A stretch of 63,443 bases of DNA, filler included, from Asterionella formosa (GCA_002256025.1; 21 parts of 21 records of this genome joined end to end with filler, not necessarily neighbours in it), one strand, 5' to 3'. Shown: positions 1-12,419, counted from the whole stretch's first letter. Notes: generated by a model not told the origin, from the sequence alone. Translations and numbers: made by a program.

Positions 1-1201
1 GCCAAGGTATGGGAAATGACCTCAGTTGATTGGAATCCTAGGTATGGTCTGAGGGCATCAATGTTTGGATTGACTATGCGAGTAGTAAGGAGAGCATGGC
101 ACATTTTGTTAGGTTTCTCAGCTGCAAGATTTGGGTTTAATACCAAGCCCAAAGGGTTCTTGTATGTATCGAGGGTAGAGTCCAAGAGTACATATGGTGA
201 GGTGCAGAGTTTATCGTCTTCCATGTGTACAATGTTATGTACCTGGACTGATATATCTTGCTGTAATGGCAGCAATGATAAGCATTGGTCACTGTAGTGT
301 GAGTTAGGATCCCAAGGGAAGTCTGCTGTGATATCGATAGGTGGCAATGATGTTAATTCTTGTTCCGTTGGTAACCGGTGTCTGAATGTCATAAGACCTC
401 CATTAATGATAAAAGGGATGTAGACATGAGGACGGGGAAGAAAACACTGTCCTCCTTTCCTGCCTGGTATGCTTGTTGGGTGCTTAGTGGAAATAGAATC
501 AACAATGCAGTCATGTTCTCGTAACTGAAACTCTGAGAGGAGGGTGGTAGGACTGCCTTGATTATACACAGCTTCATGTACACGGAGAAGGTATTTATTC
601 CCTTGTGTCTCCACTACTGTTACCGCACTGACAATGGGCATTCCAGTTTTACGGGAAGATTTTGCATCAAACCCGACAAGGTTGGCTTTTCGTGAAGTGT
701 ATGACTCAATATGCCATCCCTCTCCAATAACACAAGTATCTGCTCCATTGTCTGCTATACTTAAAAAAGTATGTTCGTTCAGTAATGATAGTAAACATCT
801 GCGGTTGCATATGGTGGTATCCATTGTAATGTCTCGAGTATGCACTGTATATATGGAGCGAATACCATCATTTAGTTTTTCCTCGTGCTTTAACACCTCA
901 GTTAGTAAGGAAATAAGCTGTTCTGCATCCGGGTCATCTGAGGTATCTTGATTTTGCTGCGTTTCGATTTGGTGGGTTGATTGCATTGACATATTTGCTG
1001 CTCGTTCTTCAGGATTGCGTTCTGCCGGATTGGAATATTGTTTGGGGACGATTGGGGGGTTGCTAAGCATTGAAGTAGTAGTATCATTGGTAATGGAACT
1101 TCCTGATGGTGGGATACTGTTGGATGACATGATAGTATCTCTTACGTGTTGAATTTCACTTCTTGCACTTGGGGTCAACTGTCGCCATATGGTACGGGGT
1201 A
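1..1201 (-). mobile_element. CoDi-type Ty1/copia gag-pol fragment (gag C-terminus, aspartic protease, pre-integrase region), open across the whole contig
   Basis: Manual minus-strand translation has no stop over 1-1201 and is absent from the ORF track. It reads ...IWRQLTPSARSEI...SIADNGADTCVIGEGWHI...VHEAVYNQGSPTTLLSEFQLREHDCIVDS...PWDP...DALRPYLGFQSTEVISHTL, typical of diatom CoDi pol. Confidence 0.85.
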
Positions 1202-1301
1202 NNNNNNNNNNNNNNNNNNNNNNNNNNNNNNNNNNNNNNNNNNNNTTAATTAATTAANNNNNNNNNNNNNNNNNNNNNNNNNNNNNNNNNNNNNNNNNNN
1301 N
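1202..1301. other. Artificial contig spacer N44-TTAATTAATTAA-N44 (first of 20)
   Basis: The same 100-nt spacer with stops in all six frames has its 12-mer at 1246, 2547, 3848, 5148, 24591, 25891, 27191, 28491, 29791, 31091, 50517, 51816, 53115, 54413, 55711, 57009, 58307, 59605, 60902 and 62191. Confidence 0.99.
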
Positions 1302-2502
1302 AGGTTTTCATTCGTGTCATCATCCAAAATAAGCGTGCGTGCTGCGGATGATTGCTGACGTGTACCTGCACGAGTAGGTGTAGGCGAGGTCACAAGGCCT
1401 GTTGATAGCCTATTCATTTCTCGATCTAGCTTTGTAGATTTCGTAGCATAATTCGTACGATGCTCGTTCGTACTCATACCACCTGCGACGGAATCTGCAA
1501 AGCTCACTCTCGTGGGAGTACTGGGATCGTCCGGTTTCGTAGGTAGTTGCGTATCAGCCCCTTGTTCGTCAGGAGGTACTATTGCGTTGGAGGGTTTAGT
1601 AGGAGTGTCAAATTCCTCATCTATACCGGATCCGTCTGTGGTGAATTCGTCCATGTCCGCTGTCGGTTTGGCATTTCCATGCCAGTCAGCCCATTTAAGG
1701 TCTCTTGTGTTGAAGACCTTTTTCGTAGCAACGTTGTACATGCGGTAGGTATCACCGGCGTGGTCATGGCTGTATCCAAGCATGACACATTTGACACTTT
1801 TTGGGGTTAGTTTCTGCCTTGGCGTCCGAATCGTGGCCCACCCCACCCTGCCAAACTGAATCAGGTGAGGATAAATCTTAGGCTGAAAGCCGTAGAAAAG
1901 CCAATCGGGGCATTTTCCCGTCTTCGAGTTAGCGACAGAGTTCGTTAGTCGCGTGTGCATGTGGACACTCTCGGCCCACAGTAGCCCCTGGTATTCGTCT
2001 GACAGTTTTGCACTGAACATGGAGGCACATGCTCGGTCTCGAATCGTCACAAATTTTCGTTCCACGACTCCGTTCTGTTGAGGAGTATGGGGGGCAGTAT
2101 ACTCAATCTGAATACCCTGCGTGGTGCAGACGATACTTAGACTGGTCATATTTTCACCGGCGTTGTCGCAGCGTAGGAAGCGTACTACATAGCCCGCTGA
2201 CTTGAGTGTAGTCAGTAGGGCATCCGCGATGCTCGCCAAAAGACTCTTCTTGTTAACAAAATAACTCCATGCCTTGCCTGTGTACTGATCCACAAATAGA
2301 ATCCAGTAGTTGCTTCCAATTAGAGATTTCTTGTAGGGACCTGAAATGTCCACGTACAATCGTTCAGCAGGAGTAGAGGCCTTGAGGGTCGTGACTTTAG
2401 GTACCGCTTTGGCCTTTGCCTTAGCTAGTGCGCAGCCTTCACACGACTGAATCTTGCCCGTAGGTTCAATACCGAGGGACTTTAGCGTTGCGCGAAGGGA
2501 TG
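1302..2502 (-). mobile_element. Canonical Ty1/copia LTR retrotransposon integrase region (pre-integrase Zn motif, rve core, SH3-like tail)
   Basis: CEGCALAK...ERLYVDISGP...LRCDNAGEN...TAPHTPQQNGVVERKF...LWAE...KSVKCVMLGYS...YRMYN. The frame is open and cut by both contig ends. Confidence 0.93.
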
Positions 2503-3042
2503 NNNNNNNNNNNNNNNNNNNNNNNNNNNNNNNNNNNNNNNNNNNNTTAATTAATTAANNNNNNNNNNNNNNNNNNNNNNNNNNNNNNNNNNNNNNNNNN
2601 NNTTGGTCTTCGATTGTGTGGTGATGGAAAGTGAATGTTGCCTGGTGTGTAAGTACTACAATGATTCACAATGCATACGTCTCCATTGGAACTCTTATTT
2701 TTTATTTCATTTCTAACCCAAAACAATTTTTTCTATTTCTCATTTGATGCTACTTATTACATCGCATTTCATACTTTGGTTGCTCCAAACATCATGTTCA
2801 ATTTTCATTGATGTTGCATGTTACAATCATTCTCGTGTGTTTTACGCTTGTTGTACCATCTCTATGCATATTACCGATATTCTGGTTGTCATGCTAAAAT
2901 CGGCAATTTTATTGCCGAAAAATTCGATGTGCCCCATATTGCCCTTAAATAAAATTTACTTAAGAAATTACTTAGAGCCTAAAAATTACTTAGAAGTACT
3001 CGAATGGCAAGACAATAGCTGTAGCGGGAATTGCTGAAGGCA

Positions 3043-3148
3043 ATACATGCCCGAGGTGGTCTCTTGCCTGTGAGTATACATGCCCGAGGTGGTCTCTTGC
3101 CTGCAAGTATACATGCCCGAGGTGGTCTCTTGCCTGCGAGTATACATG
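3043..3148. repeat. Tandem repeat, 33-bp unit x3 plus a partial unit
   Basis: ATACATGCCCGAGGTGGTCTCTTGCCTG(T/C)(G/A)AGT starts at 3043, 3076 and 3109. Confidence 0.95.
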
Positions 3149-3194
3149 TGTTCGAGGCTGGGTGGCGCGAGTAGGGTGACCTTCTTGCAGCGCC

Positions 3195-3803
3195 CGTGGT
3201 ACTAAAAACAACCATGCATGCTTTAACGCTTACTTTGAACACGTTATAATATTATCTCTGTAGACTCGGTATTATTTTTACGAGACCTGAAATGTTGAAT
3301 TATATCGTTCACATATTCATTGATTTTACATACCATATGCCCGATTTCGTCCTCACAAATATAGTTCTCACTCTATCTTGCCTGCCTTTGCTCTATTCGG
3401 CCTTGCAATAGGCAATGTTCGTCTTTCTTTGATCCCATCGTCTGCTGCTTGTTATGCTAGTTGAAGCGGATCGGTAAGTACAACAGTGAAACACTGAATG
3501 TGGGTTGTAGATCGTATTTATCGACTTTCCGATTTCATTGCTTCCGTGGTTTGTTTTGATCGCTTCCATCGTTGTTTGTTGTTACGCACTGTCGTTTTGT
3601 TTTGATTGTACATATCTACATAAGAACCAATGCATTTATCAATGACTACTCATTGAAGATGTGGTATTGTGCCGTTGTTGATCGTATTTGTTGATTTGTA
3701 TAGTCGTTGACAATGATGTCAATACTGCCACCAAGCAATGCATTTCTTGTACTAACGCGCTTTGCTACATTTCTACTGCGAGTTCGTATCAGAAGCTACA
3801 TGA
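3195..3803. repeat. Dispersed repeat, copy 1 (near-identical to 28899-29525, diverged copy at ~5228-5590)
   Basis: Shared sequence from CGTGGTACTAAAAACAACCATGCATG to GAGTTCGTATCAGAAGCTACATGA. Confidence 0.9.
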
Positions 3804-3903
3804 NNNNNNNNNNNNNNNNNNNNNNNNNNNNNNNNNNNNNNNNNNNNTTAATTAATTAANNNNNNNNNNNNNNNNNNNNNNNNNNNNNNNNNNNNNNNNN
3901 NNN

Positions 3904-4803
3904 CTGCCAGCAATTTCATTACCAGTATCCCCAGTTGTATAGTTCTGGGTCCATACATCCCAACTATTTTCTAAGACAAGCAAGGCATATGCTTCATCCG
4001 ATACAGTCATGATGGAGGCCATATTTTTTTTGTGTTTTTGGCTAGCATAATCACCATACTTCACTACCCGAGAAAAAATGTAATTCACTAGAATAATGAA
4101 GGGATGCTCTTCAATTTTACCAACATCTGGTGGTTCTGTCCTGGACTGAACAATCGTATTCCGGGAAAGGAACTGTAACTTTCCATCCTCAACCATTCCT
4201 GTTTTTATAGTTAAGTATTCTTGTTTGGAACAGGAAGCCAACAGCAAGCACGACACCTCATTTTGAACTTACTTTTGAAACCCTTTCTGATTGATGTTGA
4301 AACAGCATTCCTTTTTTCAGACATATTTTTGTTGATGTCACACTTATATGTGAACCAAAATGATTCAAACTCTTCGTCAGTACCATTTCTGAGTGATGGG
4401 AAATGATAACGAACAGCACAAGCAATGCTGTTGGGTTCCCTCATTTCCAAATCATAATCACCTGTGACGAATTTAACTTTGGAAACAATTCCTCTCTGAC
4501 CCAGCTAGCCAGAAGGTTTGTCCAATGTTTGCACCAGCCAATTCCACCTACTACTCCAATTGTTAAACGGTTGTTTTCAGCTGCTAATTCACGTAGGCGC
4601 TTGATTTCCTGTGTACTCTCAGACAATAGAATTTGGAGTTTATCTCTTTCTTGTTCTGCCGTCAACCTCCAATCTCCTTTGACACTCTCTTCCGCTTCAT
4701 TATACTCCTCAAGTTGATAATCGTTGTATCCATCCGATGCAGGATTGTCTGGTATGGAGTCTGCATCAGACAACGATGCAGAATTGTGTCGATTAGCCCA
4801 CAT
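3904..4803 (-). pseudogene. Partial spliced gene of a repeated diatom 'TVSDEA-ALL-LEN-W' family (probable DNA-transposon accessory protein), one frameshift
   Basis: Reads WVREELFPK-[frameshift ~4479]-VKFVTGDYDLEMREPNSIA...MSEKRNAV...GFK, then a GT-AG intron (4199-4272), then RMVEDGK...TVSDEAYALLVLENSWDVW. Cut by the gap. Confidence 0.6.
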
Positions 4804-4885
4804 GGTGGTGGTTTGGCAAAAGTTAAGTGAACTCGTCGTTTGTTAAAACAACAAAAGTCTTTTATCAGCACCTTTAAGTAGCACT

Positions 4886-5080
4886 TACGGTTATGGTGGT
4901 ACTATGTTTTTCCCTATTATTTTCTGTCACAGCTCTGTAGAGGCTGCGATGTACGGTTATGGTGGTACTATGTTTTTCCCTATAATTTTCTGTCGCAGCT
5001 CTGTAGAGGCTGCCATGTACGGTTATGGTGGTACTATGTTTATCCCTATTATTTTCTGTCGCAGCTCTGTAGAGAGGCTG
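4886..5080. repeat. Tandem repeat, 66-bp unit x3
   Basis: TACGGTTATGGTGGTACTATGTTT...GCTCTGTAGAGGCTG starts at 4886, 4952 and 5018. Confidence 0.95.
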
Positions 5081-5227
5081 TGAAAGTCAAAGCGCTGGGG
5101 GGGNNNNNNNNNNNNNNNNNNNNNNNNNNNNNNNNNNNNNNNNNNNNTTAATTAATTAANNNNNNNNNNNNNNNNNNNNNNNNNNNNNNNNNNNNNNNNN
5201 NNNTATCAGGGATCTTTCGACTTTCGA

Positions 5228-5930
5228 TTGATCCCATCTTCTGCTGCTTGTTATGCTAGTTAGAGCGGATCGATGAGAATAACACTGAAGCAGATAACAT
5301 GGCAAGTAGATGCTTTTTGCCAGATTTTCGATTTGATTTTTCTATTTTCCATATTGATTGCTTCCATGGTTTGCATGATCTATATACTGTTGCTTCAATT
5401 CAATTCAATCTGTTTATATAATGGCCGATCTATGTTTCAGTGCCTGCTCTTTGAGGTTGTATTGTTGCTGAACTTATTCATTGGTTTGTATAGAGTTATT
5501 AATGATGATGTCAATATTGCCACCAAGCAATGCTTTTCTTGTGATAACTCTGTTTGATATCTTTTCTACTCAGAGTTTGTATCACAAGCTAAACTCAATA
5601 TTGAACAATAATGGCTGATTCAGTAACTGGAGTTGATAGAAAAGCAGCCTGGCGATCATGCACAGAATGGAATGATCAGGGTTGTTTGGTTCAGGGGTGG
5701 AAGGATGGTCATTGCTACTCCTTTACTATCAGGATACAGCTATGTGCATTGGTCCGATGACCAGATTAGCTTCTCTTTTGTACAAAACAGATCTCAATTG
5801 GTTTCAGGGCTTCTATTTCTTTTCTGTGTTATTTCGTCCTTCAATCGTGTGATGGAAAGTCAATGCTGCCTGTTTTGCAATTGCTATTACAATGCATACG
5901 GCTCCTTGGAAACTGGTATTTTCTACTTCG
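5228..5930. repeat. Diverged copy of the dispersed repeat family at 3195, 28899 and 2605
   Basis: Shares the blocks TTGATCCCATC.TCTGCTGCTTGTTATGCTAGTT, GATGTCAATATTGCCACCAAGCAATGC, CAGAATGGAATGATCAGGGTTG and GTGATGGAAAGT.AATG with the other contigs. Confidence 0.75.
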
Positions 5931-6302
5931 TTTGTATCCTAATACAATTTTTCCACCAATCTTGGACATAGCACTGAATGTGTGCGTTATTGGAACTAAA
6001 TATGATGGTTTGAAGATAAATATGCAGGGAACACATTACATGTATGGATTCCAAGTGTTTCGTGTGGAGGGAGGGTCAGTCAATTGGACTTTTTGTGAGA
6101 ACAGCCCCAGTATGTGTAGCCCATCATAAAGAATTCCCTCGACTAAAGCTATTGATGACCTAGACAAAGAGTTTTGGGTACTACGTATCAGTCTACTTGT
6201 TGCAAGACGCTAGTTTAAATACGAAAATTTTAGTTTGAAACAAATTTTCCTAGCGTAACTTCTTTCCCAGCCTAAACGCCTATTTCCAGTCACACCCACT
6301 GC

Positions 6303-6665
6303 TTAGCGGTCGTTGATGGTGACATCAACCTCGACACCAGGTTCAATGCTGATAGAGGTGATCTGCTTGACAACCTCACTAGGAGCATGCAAATCAATAA
6401 TACGCTTGTGGATACGCATCTCGAAGCAGTCGAAACTGTTGGTACCATTTCCAGAAGGAGCCTTACGAGTGGTCATCTTGAGACGCTTGGTAGGCATACG
6501 GACAGGTCCACTCACGTGGAGTTCCTTGTCTGTCGCACCCTTCTTCAAGTCGGCACACACCTTTTCGAGGTTCTTGACATTGCGTGAGGTCAAAGTAATA
6601 CGAATGCGGTGGACAACCTGCTCTTCAGTAGGAACGACGTCCTTCTTGGGAGGGAATGAAGACAT
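6303..6665 (-). CDS. RPS20: 40S ribosomal protein S20 (uS10), intronless, 120 aa
   Basis: [10 protein letters not shown]...[23 protein letters not shown]...[18 protein letters not shown]...[13 protein letters not shown]...[19 protein letters not shown] is at 6665; the ORF track over-extends the 5' end. Confidence 0.97.
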   Translation of the reverse strand: MSSFPPKKDVVPTEEQVVHRIRITLTSRNVKNLEKVCADLKKGATDKELHVSGPVRMPTKRLKMTTRKAPSGNGTNSFDCFEMRIHKRIIDLHAPSEVVKQITSISIEPGVEVDVTINDR

Positions 6666-7344
6666 ATTGAAGCAAGAAGGTTGTTCGAAATACTTCCGAC
6701 TGTCGAATTGAGGAGAGCACGTCAAAAAGTGAGCAATGGCTATCAACTTGAAATCGGGAAAGAAAAAAGAGGTACTAACTACTACTAGACGGTCTCCTGA
6801 CCACCGATGGAAATGTAGTTTCAAAGTCTTCTCATTTCACGATTCAACCAAATTTGTCAGGGTAACGCCTTAAATCGTTTCCCATTGTAAATTGCATAAC
6901 TCCTGGTGTCAACAAACATTTCATTAACAAGAAAACGCCATGGCGTTCACGAACCTGGAGCAAAGTGAGAAGTGAGAGAGTTGGCGGCAGCATAGTTTTC
7001 TGAAGTAGGGTTTCCATAAAACCCTAAGTAAGTTGTAACTTCGATCTGTATGTTAACAGGTACCAGTAGTTTAGAATTACAGTGTACCAAGTACCAGGGT
7101 ACAAGGTACCGAGTACCCTGGAGTCAGTACCAACCGTTATCCTCGAAGGTTCGGTACCAGTAATCAGCGCACATAGCGCGAAGGTTACTCGATTTCTGGT
7201 CATTGATTCAGATGCGAAAAAAGGCAGGGGTACATCCCCCAAAAATTGTCGAACCCGTAAATTTTGCACCACTCCGTTTTTCTTTAAATCATTGGTTACA
7301 TAAAAGTGAAGCCATTAGTTGTTTTATCATCAAAATGAACTTAA

Positions 7345-7835
7345 TGTCAGCAGTCAGTATGTTGAAGTTAACAGTCAGGGATTTCATGTCAGTATAGTCA
7401 GCAAATCAAGTCAGCAGTCAGCAAAACAAAGTCCGCAATCAGTATTTAGCAAGTCTAAGTCAGCATTTTAAAGATAGGGCATACTGGTAGGTCTGGTTGC
7501 AAAATGAAGAAGTAGATAGCAATGACTATTTTCAGTCAATGATGACTATTTAAAAGCTTTTATTAACTCTGTGTTACTCCTGATACTATGTAGTAGGCAT
7601 TGCTTCAGTATCTCACAACAAAAAGATGCTTTTCCATCGTTATTCAAATATCATGATTAATAAAGTTGGCTTCTTCCTACTTGGTAGGTTGCTTGAAGTC
7701 TGCAAGTTGAAGATAGCAGTCAGTGATTTCATGTCAGTAATTAGTCAGCAAATGAAGTCAGCAGTCAGTAAATATTTCAAATTTTCAGCAAATCAAGTCA
7801 GCAGTTAGCAAAATGAAGTCCACAGTCAGCAAGCA
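7345..7835. repeat. Two diverged direct copies of an AGTCAGC-rich low-complexity block
   Basis: GTTGAAG.TA.CAGTCAG.GATTTCATGTCAGTA..AGTCAGCAAAT.AAGTCAGCAGTCAG occurs at ~7361 and ~7707. Confidence 0.75.
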
Positions 7836-10610
7836 AGTTGAAGCTGGTAGACAGCGATTCTGCTGTGAAAGGTGGCAGCGCTTTTCAGTTTGAAACTTTG
7901 TAAAGGGTTCCAGGTAATATAAATACATGTAACCGTTTTGAAATATTTTATCATTTTGGAATTTGTGAGACGGTCAGCCACCAGACTACTACCAATGAAG
8001 TAGGTTGAAACTGCTAGGTGAAAATTTTAGTTTAAAGTGCGCGCAATGCACTGATTACCGGACTTTCCTGGTCGTTTGTGTATTCCTAGTAGCTACTAGG
8101 AACAATGCTAGTATATTACCAAGCAACAGTACTAGCACTATCTCCCTTCTGACCTGTCAATGGCAGCACCATACTTCCGGAGCAGCACTACCAGTAGGCA
8201 TACAACCAGGTACTACTGGCTTGCCTGGATAAATTAATTTTCATCATGTTGGAAAGGGTGAAGAAAATCAATTCGTTTCCCCTGGTGATTAAAAAGAGGG
8301 TTGGAAAGAAGGTGGGATGGCAGGCACTTCCTATTAATCCTCGCAAATCCGATAATCTCAACTCTGCTAGAAAATTTGTCAAAGGCATTTGGTCAACATT
8401 CAAAAATCTCTACATTAGTGATCTCCGCTGGTTTCTTCGAAAAAGTACCGCAGACAGGAAAACTGTGAAGCATATTATGGACGATGGCACCATGCTCCAG
8501 ATTGAAGGTGTTTCACCAACAAAGATATTTTGTTGAATTTTGACTACCAGCATGCAGAACTGGTAATCAATAATGTTGACAAGTGCCTTCCTTGGGGACT
8601 TGATAATTTCCCGGGTTCTGGTTTTGGGTTTTTCATTAATGTCTGGGATGGTGAATCGATCAAGTCTAACTTGCATTTATATCGAAAAGGTAAATCAGAA
8701 GTCCATCAACATGCGATTCTTTTTCATGTTACTTTCAAGTACCTTTGCCTCGTGTGGGTTGATACAATTCATGGAGGTGCAATGGTAAGTCGTCTTTGAA
8801 ATGGAGCACTCTTTAGAATTATCGATGCAACTGTTATTGGACAGAGGGAGTACTACATAAATATTTTATTTATGCACAAGGTTGCTGCATGTCCCTAAGG
8901 CAAAAAATGAAATATTGCTTAGGGTTACCAAAATTCCGTGGAACTAAGAATTTATATGAGCTATTTTTGAATGACATGATTCCATTTGAAATATTCAAAT
9001 CAGTGGAATTTTGCGCATACGTACATAGATTCCTTTTAGAATTCACTAAATATATAGAATAAGAAAATTTTAAAGTACGCTTTTATTGAAACTCGAATTT
9101 AATGGAGTTCGTGGAGTTGCACTAGGGCCCAAATGGGCCCCAAAGGAATAACGAGTGAGGGTGAGTCCATTGAGGGACTCTTAGGGGTTGCAGAGTAGGA
9201 AACAATCGTAGATATGGCAAGCAAGGTCAAGGAGACCACATATGGCTCTTAGAGTGTGTATAGACCACCCAGTATAGGGAGGAACCGAGGGCAGAGAAAA
9301 AGGCAAATCAAGAAGTAGAACGACATATTTAAACTACATGGCCATTTTGGAAGAATGAAATATTTGAAGGAGAGTCGAAAATGTTGACAAATCAATGAAA
9401 GTGGTAGCCTGATGAAGACATAAGGTGAGAGCAAGAGAAGGGTCTTGAGAGACGCAGGAAGTATGTAGCAAACTGTATTGCTATTTCGGTGAATTTGAGT
9501 TTGAATTGTGGATCCTGGCAATCAATTGCCAGGATGAAATTTAGGGCTGAAGAGTAAGGTAAGATCACATATGGTGGAATAGTGTTAAGGGCTGAGTGGA
9601 GTGATGATGTTGCATTGGGGTGGCCGGTTGATGCCAAGTAGTAGTGGCAAGGGAGTTGGCAAAGATGTCATTTGGAGTATGGGGATGAACAAGCGCTTTT
9701 TGTTGTTGTGGACCGAAGCGGTGAGTGTGAATGTGTGAAGGGGGGTCGAGAGTAGTGGTCGGAGGGTCAGTTGGGCGATGCACCACCCAATTGGGGCTTT
9801 ACAGTTTCGACAGAAGTTTCAAATGTAGACTTAGAGGATTCAAGAGAGGATTTGCACGGGAGATGAACAGTAGTGAAGGAGACAGTGTCAGCTATAGAAA
9901 TATCAGGAGGAGCAGGAGGGGGAGGAGCAGCATGGGCGAAAAACGCCATGGCCAAGGGTTTTTGAAGCAGCAGCAGCGCCGCGGAAACGGCTGTAGGCCG
10001 TGTACCATGGTAGTGTAAATAATAGAGGGTAGTAACCCGGAAAGTTATTGCGTTTGGAAAAAAAGGAATTCACTAAATATATATATAGACATTGTGCATC
10101 GCTATATGTAAATATACCAACGATTATGTTTCTTATTTACGACCCGCGGCTCTGCAAATATCTGAAAGTGGACTCAACGAGTGGTACTGGTGGTACACGT
10201 ATGATTTCCAATTGTGATCATCTACTGGTACCCGTAGTAGGTATAGTACTGGCCTACCGGTACACCCAAGGAAATGTTACATGTGTATCAAATGTGGCCG
10301 GTGTGGGTTTGCAATTCCTCACACAATCACACGGAGGTAAGTATTTTGCAATAGCCAATCAGTACATATTTAATACTGCGCGCACTTACCATGGAATTTT
10401 TTTGGTATTGGAAATTTTACGAATAAATATTGCATCACAAGACTCTGATTCAGATGATGACGTTTCGGCGCTAAGTGGTTCTGATTCCGATATTTTGGAC
10501 AGTAGAAAAGGCCGATTTTGTCGAATTTTGGACGACGATATCTCAATGTTGACTGGGTCTGAAGGCGAGAAAGATACAAAGGTAACCTTCAAATAGCATC
10601 AAAATATAAC

Positions 10611-10740
10611 ATCTGGCGAGAAACCGCAGAAAGGAACTTCCATTTTTTACTATGCCAAATAAAGTGAATTCTCCCGAAATTTCTAGTCTTTATAGCATAG
10701 TAAAAAAACCGAAGTTCCTTTGTTCAGTTTCTCGCCAGAT
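10611..10740. repeat. Inverted repeat / long hairpin with ~45-bp arms
   Basis: ATCTGGCGAGAAACCGCAGAAAGGAACTTCCATTTTTTACTATGC (10611-10655) pairs with GCATAGTAAAAAAACCGAAGTTCCTTTGTTCAGTTTCTCGCCAGAT (10695-10740). Confidence 0.9.
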
Positions 10741-12419
10741 CCTATATCCTGACCAAATATAGCGTTGACCTAAACCCCTACTATGTCCATGACTGTATCT
10801 AAGCACATGGAAACGGTGTATATTGGTGAAAGCTCTGTTTAGCGATATACATTTATGTTTTACTTTTAAGAAGTGTGTGTTTGAGTACTCTGACTCAATA
10901 TTTTTTTAACCCTACCTCTAAACTAGGGTTGAATGCAGCAACCTTAACCCATTGCTAGCTGACAAAGCAATGGAATGTTCATCTGCTTGCAATACCTTGT
11001 TTGCGTCATTCGAATTCTAAGGCCACTATTCGCTTGGCTTCCAAGAAAGCTAGGAATAGCGATGCAGTCGGAATTTATATTTTTTCCAACAGTGTCATGT
11101 GGTACTTTCAGACTTTATCACCACGTCGTCACCTCTGTCAACCATTAATAGCAGTCAACGCCAATCCATAGAAAGTCAGTCCAGAGTAGAACTTAAACCA
11201 GAAAAAGCGACCTGACCCTTGAAACTATTTGTGTCTAGCTATACTTCAATTTATGCAACCATGTCTTCGGCAATGGCGAGGACCGCAGCGAAATACTCTC
11301 ACAATTTTCGAGATCTGATGGGAGAATTATATCTTGCCACAATGGTTGCCTCATTCGTTACATCAGCTCGCTGCAGAAGTGGGTGGTATTCATGGTCACG
11401 AGACCCAATAAGTGATGCGATTTCCGACCTATATTATATTACTAGATCCAGGGAGTTCACTTCTTTGAAAGTCTGCATGTTTTCACATAGACTTTGGCAC
11501 TTTTGGTCCAATGTTTTGCAAATTCTTTCCCCAGTGAAATGAGGCGAAGACACACAAAATTGCCGCTTTTAAAGCAAACTCTGTATCTCCTTCCAATTCG
11601 AGCAGTGTTTGACTGAATTGTTCGACAGAGTGGTCAGATAGGGTTTTTTCCAATGCATTGCAAATTTTGCTGAAATTCTTGTAGTTAGAAATGCTGTTTG
11701 GTAGCACAGAATTTGTCCACAACCCCACTTTATTGGTATCTCTTGGATGGTGCCGGCGGGGTGATACAGACCGTTGTGCGCGTGTGTCGAAAGACTTGCT
11801 TCGCGCTGATTAGTGATGTGCATTCATCATTTGTGGTGTCGCCGTTGTTTGCTAGATGCGCGAGCTCGTGCAATGTCGTCCTTTGTCCTGTACCAGTCCT
11901 TCTGTTCGACTGGCGGCTCCGTGCAATGTCATTGTTTTCTTGTAGTTAACCATGACGAAATTACTGGAATGAATATCTAACATCAATATTGATGGTGAAC
12001 AATTACTATTTCGCACTTAGATGTAGACTAACATAGTCGAGGAAATCATTCAACAACATAATTTTTTGCAGTAATATTGACAAAAAAGTTGAAATCGCCG
12101 CTAGAAGTTTTTTGTCGTTTGCTCATTTTTGAAGATATAGCCAAAGGGGAGGCATCATTGAATCAGCAGTGGCTCGCTTGGTAACTTATGCTAGATGATT
12201 ATTTCTATACTGAAAAAATGGATGAGAAACTGTTTTTTTCAGAAAAGGCACAACAGCTCAAAATGCAAGAAAATACCTCAACGTATACTTTTGTACTGAG
12301 TTTCATGTGCAGACTAATTGTCATTGTTCATATTCTTTGGAATCTTGATTAGGTCATTTTGCAGTTTAATATAGACATACATAATATAGATATTCCAATA
12401 CACTGCTTCTTCTTTTGGT

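Noticed and set aside
3043..5080. 33-bp and 66-bp repeats as CRISPR arrays
   Set aside because: Units are head-to-tail with no unique spacers, there are no cas genes, and the context is eukaryotic.
6666..6824. N-terminal extension of RPS20 in the ORF track
   Set aside because: It starts at a non-ATG codon. The recognisable protein begins at ATG 6665.
8200..11950. Short ORFs between RPS20 and the RCC1-repeat gene (8246, 8530, 9767, 10048, 11483 and others)
   Set aside because: Multiple stops and no recognisable motif in the frames I translated. Probably decayed repeats, not assignable.
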